Virus record (IMG/VR): IMGVR_UViG_3300005337_000002
Source of the DNA: a virus
Strand: one strand, 5' to 3'
DNA: 64,000 bases
The notes under the pieces were generated by a model that worked only from the letters and a program-made list of their open reading frames with translations, did not search any database and had not been told where the DNA came from. The position numbers were made by a program, and so were the translations under genes. Each line of letters begins with the position of its first letter. The stretch's first letter is position 1. Below, in pieces: positions 48,400 to 58,855 of this stretch.

Positions 48400-48813
48400 T
48401 CATGGGGTGGCTCCTGGCGACGTACACACCCACCGGGGCGCACGATACGTACAGTCAGCACTTCCCGTAACGGGCGGCATGGGCGTCCCACGCTGCACGG
48501 CCGCTTGGTACGTCTGAGCATCGAGGAGGACGGTGATCGCGGCAAACGTGCCAGCGACCGTGGCATCCACATCCAGGCGCCCCACCAGCGTATCGGCCTC
48601 GTGTAGATGGCGCACCACGGCACACGCGCCGGCCCGCTGGGGCGAGACGATCACGGCATAATGCAGGACACCCGTGGCCGTCGTCTCCATCAGGCAGGTT
48701 TGAGGCAGCAGTAGGACACGCTGGGGCAGAACCGGCCAAAGCCAGGTCGCCGCAAACACGGGGGCAAGGCCCAAGAGCGCCAGCACCGTGAGGGCACGAA
48801 AGAGGGGGATCAT
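48400..48813 (-). CDS. Membrane or exported hypothetical protein
   Basis: N-terminal hydrophobic segment. Confidence 0.5.
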   Translation of the reverse strand: MIPLFRALTVLALLGLAPVFAATWLWPVLPQRVLLLPQTCLMETTATGVLHYAVIVSPQRAGACAVVRHLHEADTLVGRLDVDATVAGTFAAITVLLDAQTYQAAVQRGTPMPPVTGSADCTYRAPRWVCTSPGATP

Positions 48814-49020
48814 GGCCCCTCCTGCACGATAAACACAGCAAACGCAGTGCGGAAGACCGCGAGGCGCGCCTCACGCGCACCGGCGGTTTGCAGACCCCCA
48901 CGCCGTTTGGCCTCGACCAGACACACGGCGGAGCACGCGGTATGCCGGAATCCGCCATAGGGCGCAGGCGCGGGGGCACGGACACCACAGCCCTCGCATT
49001 TGTAGGTCGCGACAGGCTGG

Positions 49021-49311
49021 TCAGGGGGTGGGGGCATCGGGAACTTCCTCCTGACGGAGGACCAGCGTGGCCAGTGCCTCCACCGTCGCCCAGGGGAGCG
49101 CCACTTCGCCCTCGCGCATGGCAGGCACGCCGCTGCCTGCCTGGACCAGCAGCGTAATGGGCTTCCCCAACTCGCGTGCATACGCCAGTTGTCGCTGGCA
49201 GCGACGATCCTTGTGCCAGTTGGGCGTGACGAGCGCGACAAACACGTCATTGGTGCGCACATGGCGTTTCCAGTCAAGGCCATGCGTATGCATGTCAATG
49301 GGCATAGGCAT
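49021..49311 (-). CDS. Truncated TIR-like domain protein
   Basis: DVFVALVTPNW...CQRQLAYARELGKPITLL; AGGAGG RBS. Confidence 0.6.
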   Translation of the reverse strand: MPMPIDMHTHGLDWKRHVRTNDVFVALVTPNWHKDRRCQRQLAYARELGKPITLLVQAGSGVPAMREGEVALPWATVEALATLVLRQEEVPDAPTP

Positions 49312-49321
49312 CCCTCCTGCC

Positions 49322-49606
49322 TTATTTCGCACGAAAGGTGACCGACGCACTCTCGCCGCTACAGCCAGACGGGAGGTCAAAGACACTGCTGGCCTTGCCC
49401 GTCTGGCGGAGCGTGAGCCGCACTTTCTCTGCGGGAGGCTCACCGCGCAGGACCGTTGTGCCATCGGACCAGACGGTACAGTTGCGGCAGGCGACCCCGT
49501 CATTTTTCTCGAGTTTGGGCGGTCCCTCGACTTTGTCAAGGACATAGCCCTCAGGCGGGGTAAACGTGAAGCCGGCGGCGAGCAGGCAGGTGAGCAGAAT
49601 CAGCAT
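49322..49606 (-). CDS. Small exported protein
   Basis: Signal peptide, CxxC, AAGGAG RBS. Confidence 0.55.
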   Translation of the reverse strand: MLILLTCLLAAGFTFTPPEGYVLDKVEGPPKLEKNDGVACRNCTVWSDGTTVLRGEPPAEKVRLTLRQTGKASSVFDLPSGCSGESASVTFRAK

Positions 49607-50353
49607 ACGGCGCTCCTTGTGGGTTGAACAGACAGCGATCTCTCACAGCGACAATGGGCGGGGCACTGATGACACTGCCCACAGCGGACGCCCCACCAGG
49701 CCCGCCAGGGGAGGAGGAAGTGCGGCGTGGGCGGGACCTGCACAGCATCACAGCCACAGGCATCGGTCACAGCCCGCGTCCCGGCATGGGCACAGCAATC
49801 GCAGTAGCGCGTGCGTTCCGGCAGACGGTGGTGCGGCATCAGTGTAGCTCCTCCAGCGTAAACACATCGCCCTCTGCTTCCCACGTGGTACTCGCTGGGG
49901 CCAGCGTCCGCGTCACGAGGTACTCATACAGCGGCGGCATAATATCACGGCGAGTATAGCGTTGCTGGATCACGACCGCCGGGCCATAGCCGTCCTCGTA
50001 CCACACCTGCACCGGCTCGCCCTGGGCATAGCGCCACCGCACGAGGCCCCAGCGGGACAGCCAGCGGCGCAGACGTCCCGGCGTCTCACGGCGCCGCGGG
50101 GGTGGACGCGGTGCGGCCATCAGGGGGGCGTCTGGCGGAGGGGACGCGCCTTCATGCGCCTGCGCCCGGAGGGTGCGGAGCAGGTCGGCCGCAGCGGTGG
50201 CCAGCAGCGCGCGCCAGCCTGGCGGGAGGGCCCGCCCCGCCGGTGCCCGGAGCAGATCCTGGCAATCGCGGGCGAGTTTGTAGGCGCCCTGCCCCACGCG
50301 GTCGGTCGGCTCGAGGTGACAGGCCCAGAGGGGTCCGCGGGCGGGCGGAGGCC

Positions 50354-52465
50354 TCACGCGTCCTCCTTGCTCGGGGGCGCGCCTAGGGGCAGCGCGGAGA
50401 GCTGGCCCGCGGTCGTCCCGTAGCCGGTGTCGGCCAGCGCGGTCAGGCTGTGCCCAAACGGGCCCCCCGCCGTCGTACGATAATGGAGACCGCCGCGCTG
50501 GCCCGTCCCGACGATATCGGCATACGGCGGGGAACTCACCGCACAATCGAGCTGGCCTGGGGGCATCGCGGCGAGTTGGCCCGGGGACGATCCATACCCG
50601 CGCGGGTGGTTGATTTGGGAATTTTTCCCAGTGGTGCCGCCAGACCGGCGCGGGCGAGAGGTGCGCTGTCTGCGGTCGGCAATCGACGTCCTCTCGTCTT
50701 GCCCATGGAAACTCTCGGCATAGGGCGGTGAGCTGATCGTGCACGCACACCCCTGGAGGAGCGGCAACTGTTGCCAGGCGTCCTCGGGCGGCAGGGGCGC
50801 GGGCTTGCGCATGCAATAGACCGTCTCCCATGCAATCGCGAGGTCCGGACGCTTCCGTTCATGCAGGCGGCGGAAGAAGGAGATGCGCTTGGTCTGGAGT
50901 GTCTCGGTCGAGGGCGTCGGGGTATAGCGCCCGGTGGTGTGGAGCGGCGCGCAGAGACTGTCGCCCTCAGCGTCGGTCCAGTGCATATCCGCGCCGTCCT
51001 GGGAAAAGAGCGTCTCCTGCGTGCCGTACTCCTCGGTCAGCACGGCGTGGTGCTCGTGGAGGGTCTCGAACCCGACACTTTCAGCGGCGAGGCGCCAGTC
51101 GCCAGGAAAATCGACGATGGTCCCGTCACGACAATAGCCTTTGACCACCCACAGCGCGTGGCCGCCTGGCCGCACGACGGCAAAGGTTTGCCGCAGAATC
51201 TGCACCGCTGCAGACCAAAAGGTGGTCGGCGCTGCGGTGCCGAGCTGCCCCGGACTGGCCCCATATGTCTGTGCCGCTATGCCCCCGACGCCATGCGTGC
51301 CAAACGCGGCTTGCTGCGTGCGGTCGCGGCGGCCCCCGTCCACCTTCGACCAGTCAATCGCATCCCGCGTGTCATTGAGACTGGCCGCGTAGGGAGGTGA
51401 GGACACGAGGCAGTCGGCCACCGGCATGGTTCCTAACTGCCCCGGCGAGTCGGGATAGTGATAATCCCCTTTGTTGCGGTCAGCACTTTGGCCAGTGGCG
51501 CGTGTCCCAGCACCAGCGCCGAGCTTTGTTGGCTTGGTATCCGTATTAGAAAAGGGGGGAGATGAGATCAGGCAGTCGGCCACTTCGCCCGTCGCCATGT
51601 TCCCGAGTTGCGCCGGATCACTGCCGTAGTACGGGTCCACGATGCCCTTGTCGTGCATGATGCCACGGTGACTATCCTTGTCGCGCTTGGCGTGGTCGGC
51701 GTAGGTATGTTCTTTGCCAAGGCCGTGGGCATAGGGCGGACTACTCACGCAGGCCGCAACCTGCCCGGCCAGCACCTTCTCCAACTCCCGACTATCGCCT
51801 CGCAGCAGCACGGCGCCCGTGTGGCCCTGCGCCGCCCAGGTCTCCAGATTGCCCTGGTAGTGATGCGGCCCACTCGACGGAATCGTGCCGCTGTTGTGGG
51901 CATAGCTCGTCGTCGTCACGGCAAAGAGCGTCGCCACCGGGCCATGGGGCGGTGGACGCACGCCATCCTGCCGATCTGGCAACGGCAGCGGCAGAAACGG
52001 CACGGTCCGCTGCCGCACGCGCTGGCCCGGTTTGGGCCGCGTCCGAAAGGTGCGGCGCCGGGCCACGGGCAGGCCGGTGCGCTGGGACGCCTGGGTCAGA
52101 CAGCGCGGACACCAGTAGTGACCGTCTGCATAGCGCAGGCGTGTCCAGCGGCCATAGCAGCGCACCCAGTCCGCCTTGGTGATGCCGGTACAGTCACAGC
52201 CGGTGCCGAGATCATTGAAGGGTTGCTCCAACTCCACGCCGATCCAGCGACAGCCGAGGGCCATGGCATCCCAGGCGCCGAGGCCGACCCCCCCGAAGGG
52301 GTCAACAATGGTCGATCCCGGGGCAAGCCAGCCTTCGGCCGCCGCATGCGCATAGATGTGCTGAATGAGCGCCCGTGAGAATTTCGCCGGGTGCCCGAAG
52401 GCTTCTGGGACAATGTGCTGCCAACTGCTGCTGTACAACGATCGCCACACCGTTACGTCAACCAT
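50354..52465 (-). CDS. DNA methyltransferase (N4C-type SPPY) with five catalytic-motif cassettes
   Basis: HPAKF, VDPFGGVG, GVELE, GDSR. SSPP(Y/F) at 51731-51745, 51551-51565, 51389-51403, 50720-50734 and 50522-50536, each followed by Y(G/P)xxx(G/A)QL. Confidence 0.88.
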   Translation of the reverse strand: MVDVTVWRSLYSSSWQHIVPEAFGHPAKFSRALIQHIYAHAAAEGWLAPGSTIVDPFGGVGLGAWDAMALGCRWIGVELEQPFNDLGTGCDCTGITKADWVRCYGRWTRLRYADGHYWCPRCLTQASQRTGLPVARRRTFRTRPKPGQRVRQRTVPFLPLPLPDRQDGVRPPPHGPVATLFAVTTTSYAHNSGTIPSSGPHHYQGNLETWAAQGHTGAVLLRGDSRELEKVLAGQVAACVSSPPYAHGLGKEHTYADHAKRDKDSHRGIMHDKGIVDPYYGSDPAQLGNMATGEVADCLISSPPFSNTDTKPTKLGAGAGTRATGQSADRNKGDYHYPDSPGQLGTMPVADCLVSSPPYAASLNDTRDAIDWSKVDGGRRDRTQQAAFGTHGVGGIAAQTYGASPGQLGTAAPTTFWSAAVQILRQTFAVVRPGGHALWVVKGYCRDGTIVDFPGDWRLAAESVGFETLHEHHAVLTEEYGTQETLFSQDGADMHWTDAEGDSLCAPLHTTGRYTPTPSTETLQTKRISFFRRLHERKRPDLAIAWETVYCMRKPAPLPPEDAWQQLPLLQGCACTISSPPYAESFHGQDERTSIADRRQRTSRPRRSGGTTGKNSQINHPRGYGSSPGQLAAMPPGQLDCAVSSPPYADIVGTGQRGGLHYRTTAGGPFGHSLTALADTGYGTTAGQLSALPLGAPPSKEDA

Positions 52466-53103
52466 GAGGACGCCTCCATGCGTGGCAGACGACGTGCACC
52501 ACGAGGAGCCGGACGTTTGCCGCGACAGTTATGTCCGACCAGAAAGCGGCGCGGGCGCCCTTTTTTATCGTACTGTGCCAAAGGAGTCGCGCAACCACAT
52601 GCACACAGGATGAGAGGATTCTCTGCTCCCACGCGACGCGTGTTGGGATTGTTGCCATGCTGTTGTGCATGGAGGGCTCTATCGACCACTTCTAAATTGT
52701 CAGGGCTATTATTCTGTTTGTTCTGATCTTTATGATGCACACATTCATTGCGACGCAGCGGCCGTCCGAGCATCGCTGTAACGACAACAATATGTTCCAA
52801 GACCCAGCCATTCGATGTGGCATGAGGATGTGATGGGCATTTAATCCGTACATAGCCATATGCGGTGATATGGCGCGTGCTGCTTTGCGCTCGTTGACAT
52901 GTTTTTGAGCAGAAAAAGCGGCGGGATGCCCGTCGTCGCACGCGTGTACCGCACGTGCGACAGGGAAATTCTTCCACATACGATTCTTGAACAAAACGCC
53001 CCGTCGCATCTCTTGTACGCCCTGTCCATACATCGACCGCAGGTCCTCTGCCCACCCCATGATTTTCCTTCTTGGGTTCTTGCATATGAGCGAAATTCTC
53101 CAT
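52453..53103 (-). CDS. HNH endonuclease, related to 16243..16977
   Basis: GYV...HP.A...GWVLEH...VHHKDQNKQNN..DNL; CACGC...YD..GRPR. Confidence 0.88.
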   Translation of the reverse strand: MENFAHMQEPKKENHGVGRGPAVDVWTGRTRDATGRFVQESYVEEFPCRTCGTRVRRRASRRFFCSKTCQRAQSSTRHITAYGYVRIKCPSHPHATSNGWVLEHIVVVTAMLGRPLRRNECVHHKDQNKQNNSPDNLEVVDRALHAQQHGNNPNTRRVGAENPLILCACGCATPLAQYDKKGRPRRFLVGHNCRGKRPAPRGARRLPRMEASSWLT

Positions 53104-53138
53104 CAGTCACATTGTTTCTTCTCCAGCGATCCCCCCCA

Positions 53139-53987
53139 TCACCGCCTCTCCTGTCCTCCTGAGCCAGTACTCGTCCCCGTTCCCGGCACAAATGCCCCCA
53201 CCCCGACCTGCACCCGTGCCACCTGTCCGCGCTCCGTCGTGGCATCGAGCAGCGTCCCCACGACATAGCCGGTGCGCGGCGGGGTCGCTTGCGCATGACA
53301 GCGGCCGACCAGGTCCTGGGGCGCGGGCACGATATACCACCCGTGTGCCTGGGTGAGGGCGCTATCCATCTCGCACAGCGCCTCGCCCTCCGCCGCGACG
53401 AGGGCATGGCCGACCGTCCCGGCCCCCGCGAGGACAACGAAGAGCGGGACCGTGGGATCGCGCGAGACGCGCACGCCCGTGCCTGTGTGCTGGGCGAGCC
53501 GGTACTTGACGGTCCCCGTCGCCGCCTCATTGGGCACCGCCATCACGCGTGTCGACGGGCGTATCAGTGAGGACGAGTCTCCTTGTGGCAGGAGACTCGC
53601 CGCCTGGAGGATGGGCTGTGGCATGCTCGTCACGGTCCCCGTGCCTGCTCCTGTGTCTGCCGCGGTGGCGACATCCCGGGGCGTCCTGGCGGGTGCCTCC
53701 GCGCTCCACGTCGTGGGGAGCGGCGGGGACAGCGCCACGGGCACGGGCCGCACCGTGTACGGCCACCAGCGGTGCATCGGCGCCACTAGCAGGAGATACA
53801 CCCCCACACAGGGCGCGAGCACCGCCAGCACCGTCCAGCCCCACACCACGAGTGCGTCAGTATCCCGCGGGCGGGGAGGACGCCCCGTCCGCCGCCAGGT
53901 CCGCCCTGAGGCCGAGCCATACGCGGACGTCCGCCACCGGGCAATCTCCTCAGGCGTATAGTCCCACAGGGCTTTGTCAGGCGGCAT
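53139..53987 (-). CDS. Membrane-anchored protein with a capsid-cement-like C-terminal domain
   Basis: TM segment, Pro/Thr linker, then Gly/Ala-rich beta domain ending VVGTLLDA...GQVARVQV. Confidence 0.45.
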   Translation of the reverse strand: MPPDKALWDYTPEEIARWRTSAYGSASGRTWRRTGRPPRPRDTDALVVWGWTVLAVLAPCVGVYLLLVAPMHRWWPYTVRPVPVALSPPLPTTWSAEAPARTPRDVATAADTGAGTGTVTSMPQPILQAASLLPQGDSSSLIRPSTRVMAVPNEAATGTVKYRLAQHTGTGVRVSRDPTVPLFVVLAGAGTVGHALVAAEGEALCEMDSALTQAHGWYIVPAPQDLVGRCHAQATPPRTGYVVGTLLDATTERGQVARVQVGVGAFVPGTGTSTGSGGQERR

Positions 53988-54294
53988 GCCGGTCCCTCTC
54001 CCGCATCAGTCCCTCGCTTGCTCATCCGCAAGGAAATCAGGCACCACATAGCGCCCCACAAAATACGTCAGGGTGCCAAGGTGCAGGCTCACGCCGAGCA
54101 CAAACCACGGCAGCGGCGGATGGAGGACGCTTAGCACGAGATCGACCATCGTCGCGCTCAGCATCGCCACGCAGGCCACGGGCGCGGCCCAGGACGCGGG
54201 GGCGGGGCGCACCCAGAGCCGTCCCTGCTGGGTATGGCGGTACGTGCGCAGGATGCGGGTCCGTTGCGCCGCATGACGACTGACGCGCATGGGA

Positions 54295-54786
54295 TTAGGG
54301 CGCATGACGGTCCTCCTGTGCGGCGTCAGACGGTATCAGTGTGAGATGCACATAGCGCGCGACACCATACCCGTGAATCTGCACCGTCAGGCCCGTGCCT
54401 GGCGCCACGACCAGGGGTGACGTGAGAGGCTGCACCCGCAACAGTTGGTCCCCGCAGGGATAGCCACTGCGCCACGTGTCGTCGACTTTGATATCGACCG
54501 ACGCGTTCGCCGTGTCCGCAACGCAGCGCAGGCGTGTATAGGTTTTGGCCGCAGGGCTCAGGTTGGTGCAGATCCACTCGTCGGTTTCGGTGGTGAGCGC
54601 CTCGGCCTCTGCGGAGAGGCTCCCGAAGATAATCGTACAGGGAAATGCCTGTGATGACCGGTGCGCCGGGAACCAGAAGACTGACCGGTCCGGCTCTTCG
54701 ACCAGCGGGCATGCCCACCAGAGGCCTACGAGGAGCCCCGCGCTCAAAAGAGTCCCGCCGATGAGCAGTACCTTTAGCATGTCCAT
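54295..54786 (-). CDS. TM-anchored beta-sandwich protein
   Basis: TM then TIIFG...TRLRCVAD...LTVQI...VHLTL. Confidence 0.5.
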   Translation of the reverse strand: MDMLKVLLIGGTLLSAGLLVGLWWACPLVEEPDRSVFWFPAHRSSQAFPCTIIFGSLSAEAEALTTETDEWICTNLSPAAKTYTRLRCVADTANASVDIKVDDTWRSGYPCGDQLLRVQPLTSPLVVAPGTGLTVQIHGYGVARYVHLTLIPSDAAQEDRHAP

Positions 54787-55185
54787 TCTCCATGCTCCTC
54801 CGGCCAGGGAGAGCCACAACAGGGGCGATAGCCCTGCGGCCAGCGATCCTGCCGGCGCGTATACCAGGGCCACCAGCGTCCTGCATCCGTCAGCACGTCG
54901 GCATACCAGGCCCGCACGGTCGCAGCTTCCTGGGCCGAGTACGTGCCATCCTCCAGCAGCGGTACGAGGGCGCTATACGACGTCCGAAGCATACGTCGAA
55001 CATGGGCTTGCAAGCGCAGCCAGTGCAGATAGGCGATGCTCCAGCCCAGAATGAGCAGCGCACCGAAGACCCCGCAACTCACGAGCAGTATATGTCCCAT
55101 GCGTCCTCTATCCTTTCTGTAGAGATCCGGTTACAATTTCACCCCAGCAGGCCCCATGAGACTCTCTCACGCAAAGGATGTGTCT

Positions 55186-55545
55186 ATGTGTCCGCCCGCC
55201 TGTTGGATCGTCTCGTTCAGTTTCGGCGTCCTCCTCGGCGTCGGCCTGGCCCATCTGGCCCTGTGGATGGTCGCCCCACCCCAGCGCGTGTTCTTGCGCG
55301 ACGTCCCCGCCCCGCAGTGCCATGTCACCGCCTATGCGGCCAATGGCGCCGTGCTGGGCACACTCCTGGTCGCGCCCTCGCCGTATCACACGAATGCGGT
55401 CCACCTGCGCTGGGTACCCGAGGCCCCGCTGGCAGGCTACGTGCGCGTGACCGACCTCACCGCCGCGCTGGAGATCGCCTGGCCGCTGGGGGCTCACAGC
55501 CGGGTACCAGGACTGATGCCACAGGCGAGCGACAGCCGCACTTGA
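55186..55545 (+). CDS. Membrane protein opposite to the surrounding operon
   Basis: AAAGGA RBS; TM WIVSFSFGVLLGVGLAHLALW. Confidence 0.45.
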   Translation: MCPPACWIVSFSFGVLLGVGLAHLALWMVAPPQRVFLRDVPAPQCHVTAYAANGAVLGTLLVAPSPYHTNAVHLRWVPEAPLAGYVRVTDLTAALEIAWPLGAHSRVPGLMPQASDSRT

Positions 55546-55943
55546 CGCACCCCTGCGGACTGCGCAATGCCCAGTATTAACCGCGTGTCCCGTGGGAGCG
55601 CGAGCAGCGGCACCACCTGCCAGGCGTGTCCTGGGAGCAGCGGGAGCACCTGTGGCGGCTGCAGGCCAATCCGTACCGCACTCGGGCCAATCGTGCCATC
55701 CGTCGAGAGCCGCACCGCGGTCAGGTGACAGGGACGGGCGAGCGCCATCGCGACGTGCGCGAGGTCCTCGGACGTCAAGGGATCGGGCGCCGTCGTATCC
55801 CCAAACACGAAGGTCATCATCTCGGGCTCCTCGGGCTCAGCGGCTGGAAACAGGCGCGGCCACAGGAGCATCACCTGCATGCCCAGACTCACGAGGAGCA
55901 ACCCGCACGTCAGCATCGTGAGCCAGGGGAGCCGATGGATCAT
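55494..55943 (-). CDS. TM-anchored beta-sandwich protein, similar to 54295..54786
   Basis: TM then TFVFG...TAVRLSTD...LILGI...VRLSL. Confidence 0.5.
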   Translation of the reverse strand: MIHRLPWLTMLTCGLLLVSLGMQVMLLWPRLFPAAEPEEPEMMTFVFGDTTAPDPLTSEDLAHVAMALARPCHLTAVRLSTDGTIGPSAVRIGLQPPQVLPLLPGHAWQVVPLLALPRDTRLILGIAQSAGVRQVRLSLACGISPGTRL

Positions 55944-55956
55944 GCGCGTCTCCTCC

Positions 55957-56430
55957 CTAGCCATGTCTCGCCATCTGGTGGCGCTGCCATTCTCTGAGCA
56001 ACTCTGCCCCATAACGACTGTCGATGACAAACGCGTAGAACGCCTGCAACTCAGCGAGGTCCTCGTTATTCACGAGCGCGGCCTTGCGTTTGACGACCCG
56101 CCCCTCCTCGACGGTGAGAGTACCAGTATCACCGATCGATTCGCCTTGATACTGCACACAGCCTGTGAGTGAGACGTCGACAGGGGCCAAGACATGATCG
56201 AGCAGATATTGGAGCCACTCGACATAGTGATAAAACTTCTCGCCGCCGTCCCATTCGAGGCCCCGCCGCCCCTGTGTGAGTTGCCACTGGTTGTACCCGG
56301 CGGGTACCGGCATGGGCAGGCCAGGCGGCATCACCTGCGCATCATAGAGATCTATGAGCAACAGCAATGTTTCCGCAGGAGGCGGCGTGGTAAATGTAAA
56401 ACTGCCCTCAAAGTCGGTTGTATAGCCCAT
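55957..56430 (-). CDS. Conserved phage-type hypothetical protein
   Basis: MGYTTDFEG...WDGGEKFY.YVEWL.YL...QGE. Confidence 0.75.
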   Translation of the reverse strand: MGYTTDFEGSFTFTTPPPAETLLLLIDLYDAQVMPPGLPMPVPAGYNQWQLTQGRRGLEWDGGEKFYHYVEWLQYLLDHVLAPVDVSLTGCVQYQGESIGDTGTLTVEEGRVVKRKAALVNNEDLAELQAFYAFVIDSRYGAELLREWQRHQMARHG

Positions 56431-57386
56431 CGTTATCCCTCCTCCTCCTGCCCCTGCTGCAGCCGCTGCCAGATATCGTCATCATGCCAGAGCCAGTAGC
56501 GGTCCTTCCATTCGCGCAGGAGCGCGCCGACGATATACCACTGCGGATCCTCCGCGCGGCGACAGATAGCACAAATGTCCTCCGCGGTTTGGGTCCAGTC
56601 AAAGGCAAGCGCCAGCAACCGCTGCTGCAGCCGCTGGGCATCCGCGTAGCGATACCCCGCCCCGGAGACGGCCCACCCCGAGTGATGCGTCACCCCATAG
56701 GTCAGCCCCATCCAGCCTGGATGTTTTTGGACACACAACCCCCGGTCCATATTCGCCACCCAACAGATCCCCGCCGCCAGCGTCTCGACCGTGTCGGTTT
56801 CTACATCATACGTGCCGCGGGCCATCGTCATGCGAATCATCCGCACCTCCCGTGCTGCCCTGCTCGCTTCGCCAACTCCATCTGAATCAACCCCGCTTCC
56901 TCGTCCAGCACCGCCTGTCGATATGCCAGGCCCGTGAGCGCCTGGTCGATACGGCGCAGGCGCTCCGCTAAGTCGGCGTCCGTGCTCTCGCGCATCTGCC
57001 GCAGCCATGCGTAGGCCGTCATCCCGCCCCCCTTCTCTCGTTATTCCCCATGCACAATCGCATCAAGTTTGGCAGAGAGTTGATCGACCACGCTCTCTTC
57101 GTTGCCCGCAGAGAATTGGGTCAGAAACTCTGCCAGGTCAACCGTTTCTGCCTCATCCAACTCGATCCGTACCCCGCCTTCCCAGCCTGCCACGATCATG
57201 CCTTGCCCTCCTTGTGTGCCTGCAACGCCGCACGCACCGTGTCGCACAGTACTTTTGTCGTCACGTCGGTCGTACCCGTCAGCGCCAGCCAGCGGTTCAT
57301 CTTGTGCGTCGTCCACGGTGTGTCGCTATGGAAGAGCAGGACGGCCTCGACGGCGGCGGTAACGAGATCTGTAGGGGTCTTCTGTT

Positions 57387-57914
57387 TCATAGCGAGTCTT
57401 CCTCCTGCTGCTGTGCTTCTACCTGCTCGCGCGCTACCATCCTATTCCCTAGGTGCCACCAGGAACAAAATCGACAGTGATAGGCTTGTAGCGCTGTCCC
57501 ATCCCAGGCATCCGGGGCACGTAGGATCGCCACACGAGCCGTGAGGGCGGCATTGCGGTGCTTGTAGCGCACCTTGCCATGACAGACGTTGGCGATGTTA
57601 CGCTGGCGTCCTGCGGCATAGAGCGACGGCAACTCCTTGCTGAGTCGTGCCCGCTCCCTGGGGGTCGCCAGCTGGCGCACCAGAAAGAAAAAGACGCCGC
57701 CGGGCGTCCGACGCCGGGCCCCACTCGCGATGCGCATGCCGCCGTTCTGTTCGATCCGCAACGTCTCTTGCAAGATCGTCCAGCACCGCTGATGACCCAA
57801 CGCACGCCAGACGTCCGTCAGGGCCGCCTGATTGGACTCCTGTAAGATCCTGGCGAGGATCGGCACGCTGAGGTGGGGGAGAGAGGACGGCTCTTGCACA
57901 ACGGGTAACATCAC
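57387..57914 (-). CDS. PHAX RNA-binding-like domain fused to a C-terminal Zn finger
   Basis: IEQNGGM...GARRRTPGGVFF; CHGKVRY...AYHCRFCSWWHL. Confidence 0.75.
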   Translation of the reverse strand: MMLPVVQEPSSLPHLSVPILARILQESNQAALTDVWRALGHQRCWTILQETLRIEQNGGMRIASGARRRTPGGVFFFLVRQLATPRERARLSKELPSLYAAGRQRNIANVCHGKVRYKHRNAALTARVAILRAPDAWDGTALQAYHCRFCSWWHLGNRMVAREQVEAQQQEEDSL

Positions 57915-58379
57915 ACCTCCTCATCATCTTCGGGCACTTCCAGATAGCCCACACAGCCCTCGCGGGCATGGGGATGCGCGAGCAGCGGCGTATGCTGGGC
58001 CGTCGCACAGCAACACCGGAGCGCACGGAGCGTCCGCTGCAGCTCTGCGGTAAACGTCTCCAGGCGGACCCACCCGTGGGTCGTCAGCGCTTGACAGAGG
58101 GGACACAGGGGATGCGTGGTCATGCGCGCTCCTTGTCGGCAGGACGGGGGTGTGTCGCCAGGCCATCCTGCCAGAGCCCCCCCAGCGCGTCCCACAGCGC
58201 CAGGAGGCGTGCACCGTCCGCGTGGACGAGGCGCAGCTGACAGGTGATGCACCGCAGCGTCCAGTGCTCGCGGGCGCCGCCGACCCGGGGAATGGCCTCT
58301 GCCGTGCGCTCAATGCTGCGCGTCTGGCACAGCGGGCAGTGGAGCTCACGCATGTACTCACTGACGCGAGGGGCATACA

Positions 58380-58853
58380 TCATGACTGGTCCTCCCGCTC
58401 ATGACTCGCGAGATGATCCTGGATCGCGTGGACCTCTGCAGCATTCTGCATCACGCGTTGGAGCACTTCGTCGGGCGTCTGGGCGTCCCGTATGCCCGCG
58501 AGGAGGGTCGGGAACAGCGCCACGTCCTCGGGATCATCGAGGCGGATGGTCGCTAACGGCTGCGGGCCCTGCGGAAACTGACGGTCGTATTCGCGCTGCG
58601 CCAGTGTGTCACAATTCAGGCACCCACGGCCCTTACAGAAGCGACAGGACGCCCGAATCGTTGCGCCCGTCACTGGCGGGGGCGGGGGTAACGGGCCATG
58701 CGTCTTTTCAATCGCGGCAATCATGCGTTCCGCGAATGTCGGCGGAATCACATCAGGGACGGCCGCAGCCTGCTGGGCTTTGACGTCGGCTTGGATAGAG
58801 GCAAAGGGATCGTCGTTCGGCTGCAGGGACGCGTCACGCTTGGGGGTCGTCAT
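58380..58853 (-). CDS. Hypothetical protein with CxxCxGxGCxxC
   Basis: CRFCKGRGCLNC. Confidence 0.55.
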   Translation of the reverse strand: MTTPKRDASLQPNDDPFASIQADVKAQQAAAVPDVIPPTFAERMIAAIEKTHGPLPPPPPVTGATIRASCRFCKGRGCLNCDTLAQREYDRQFPQGPQPLATIRLDDPEDVALFPTLLAGIRDAQTPDEVLQRVMQNAAEVHAIQDHLASHEREDQS

Positions 58854-58855
58854 GG

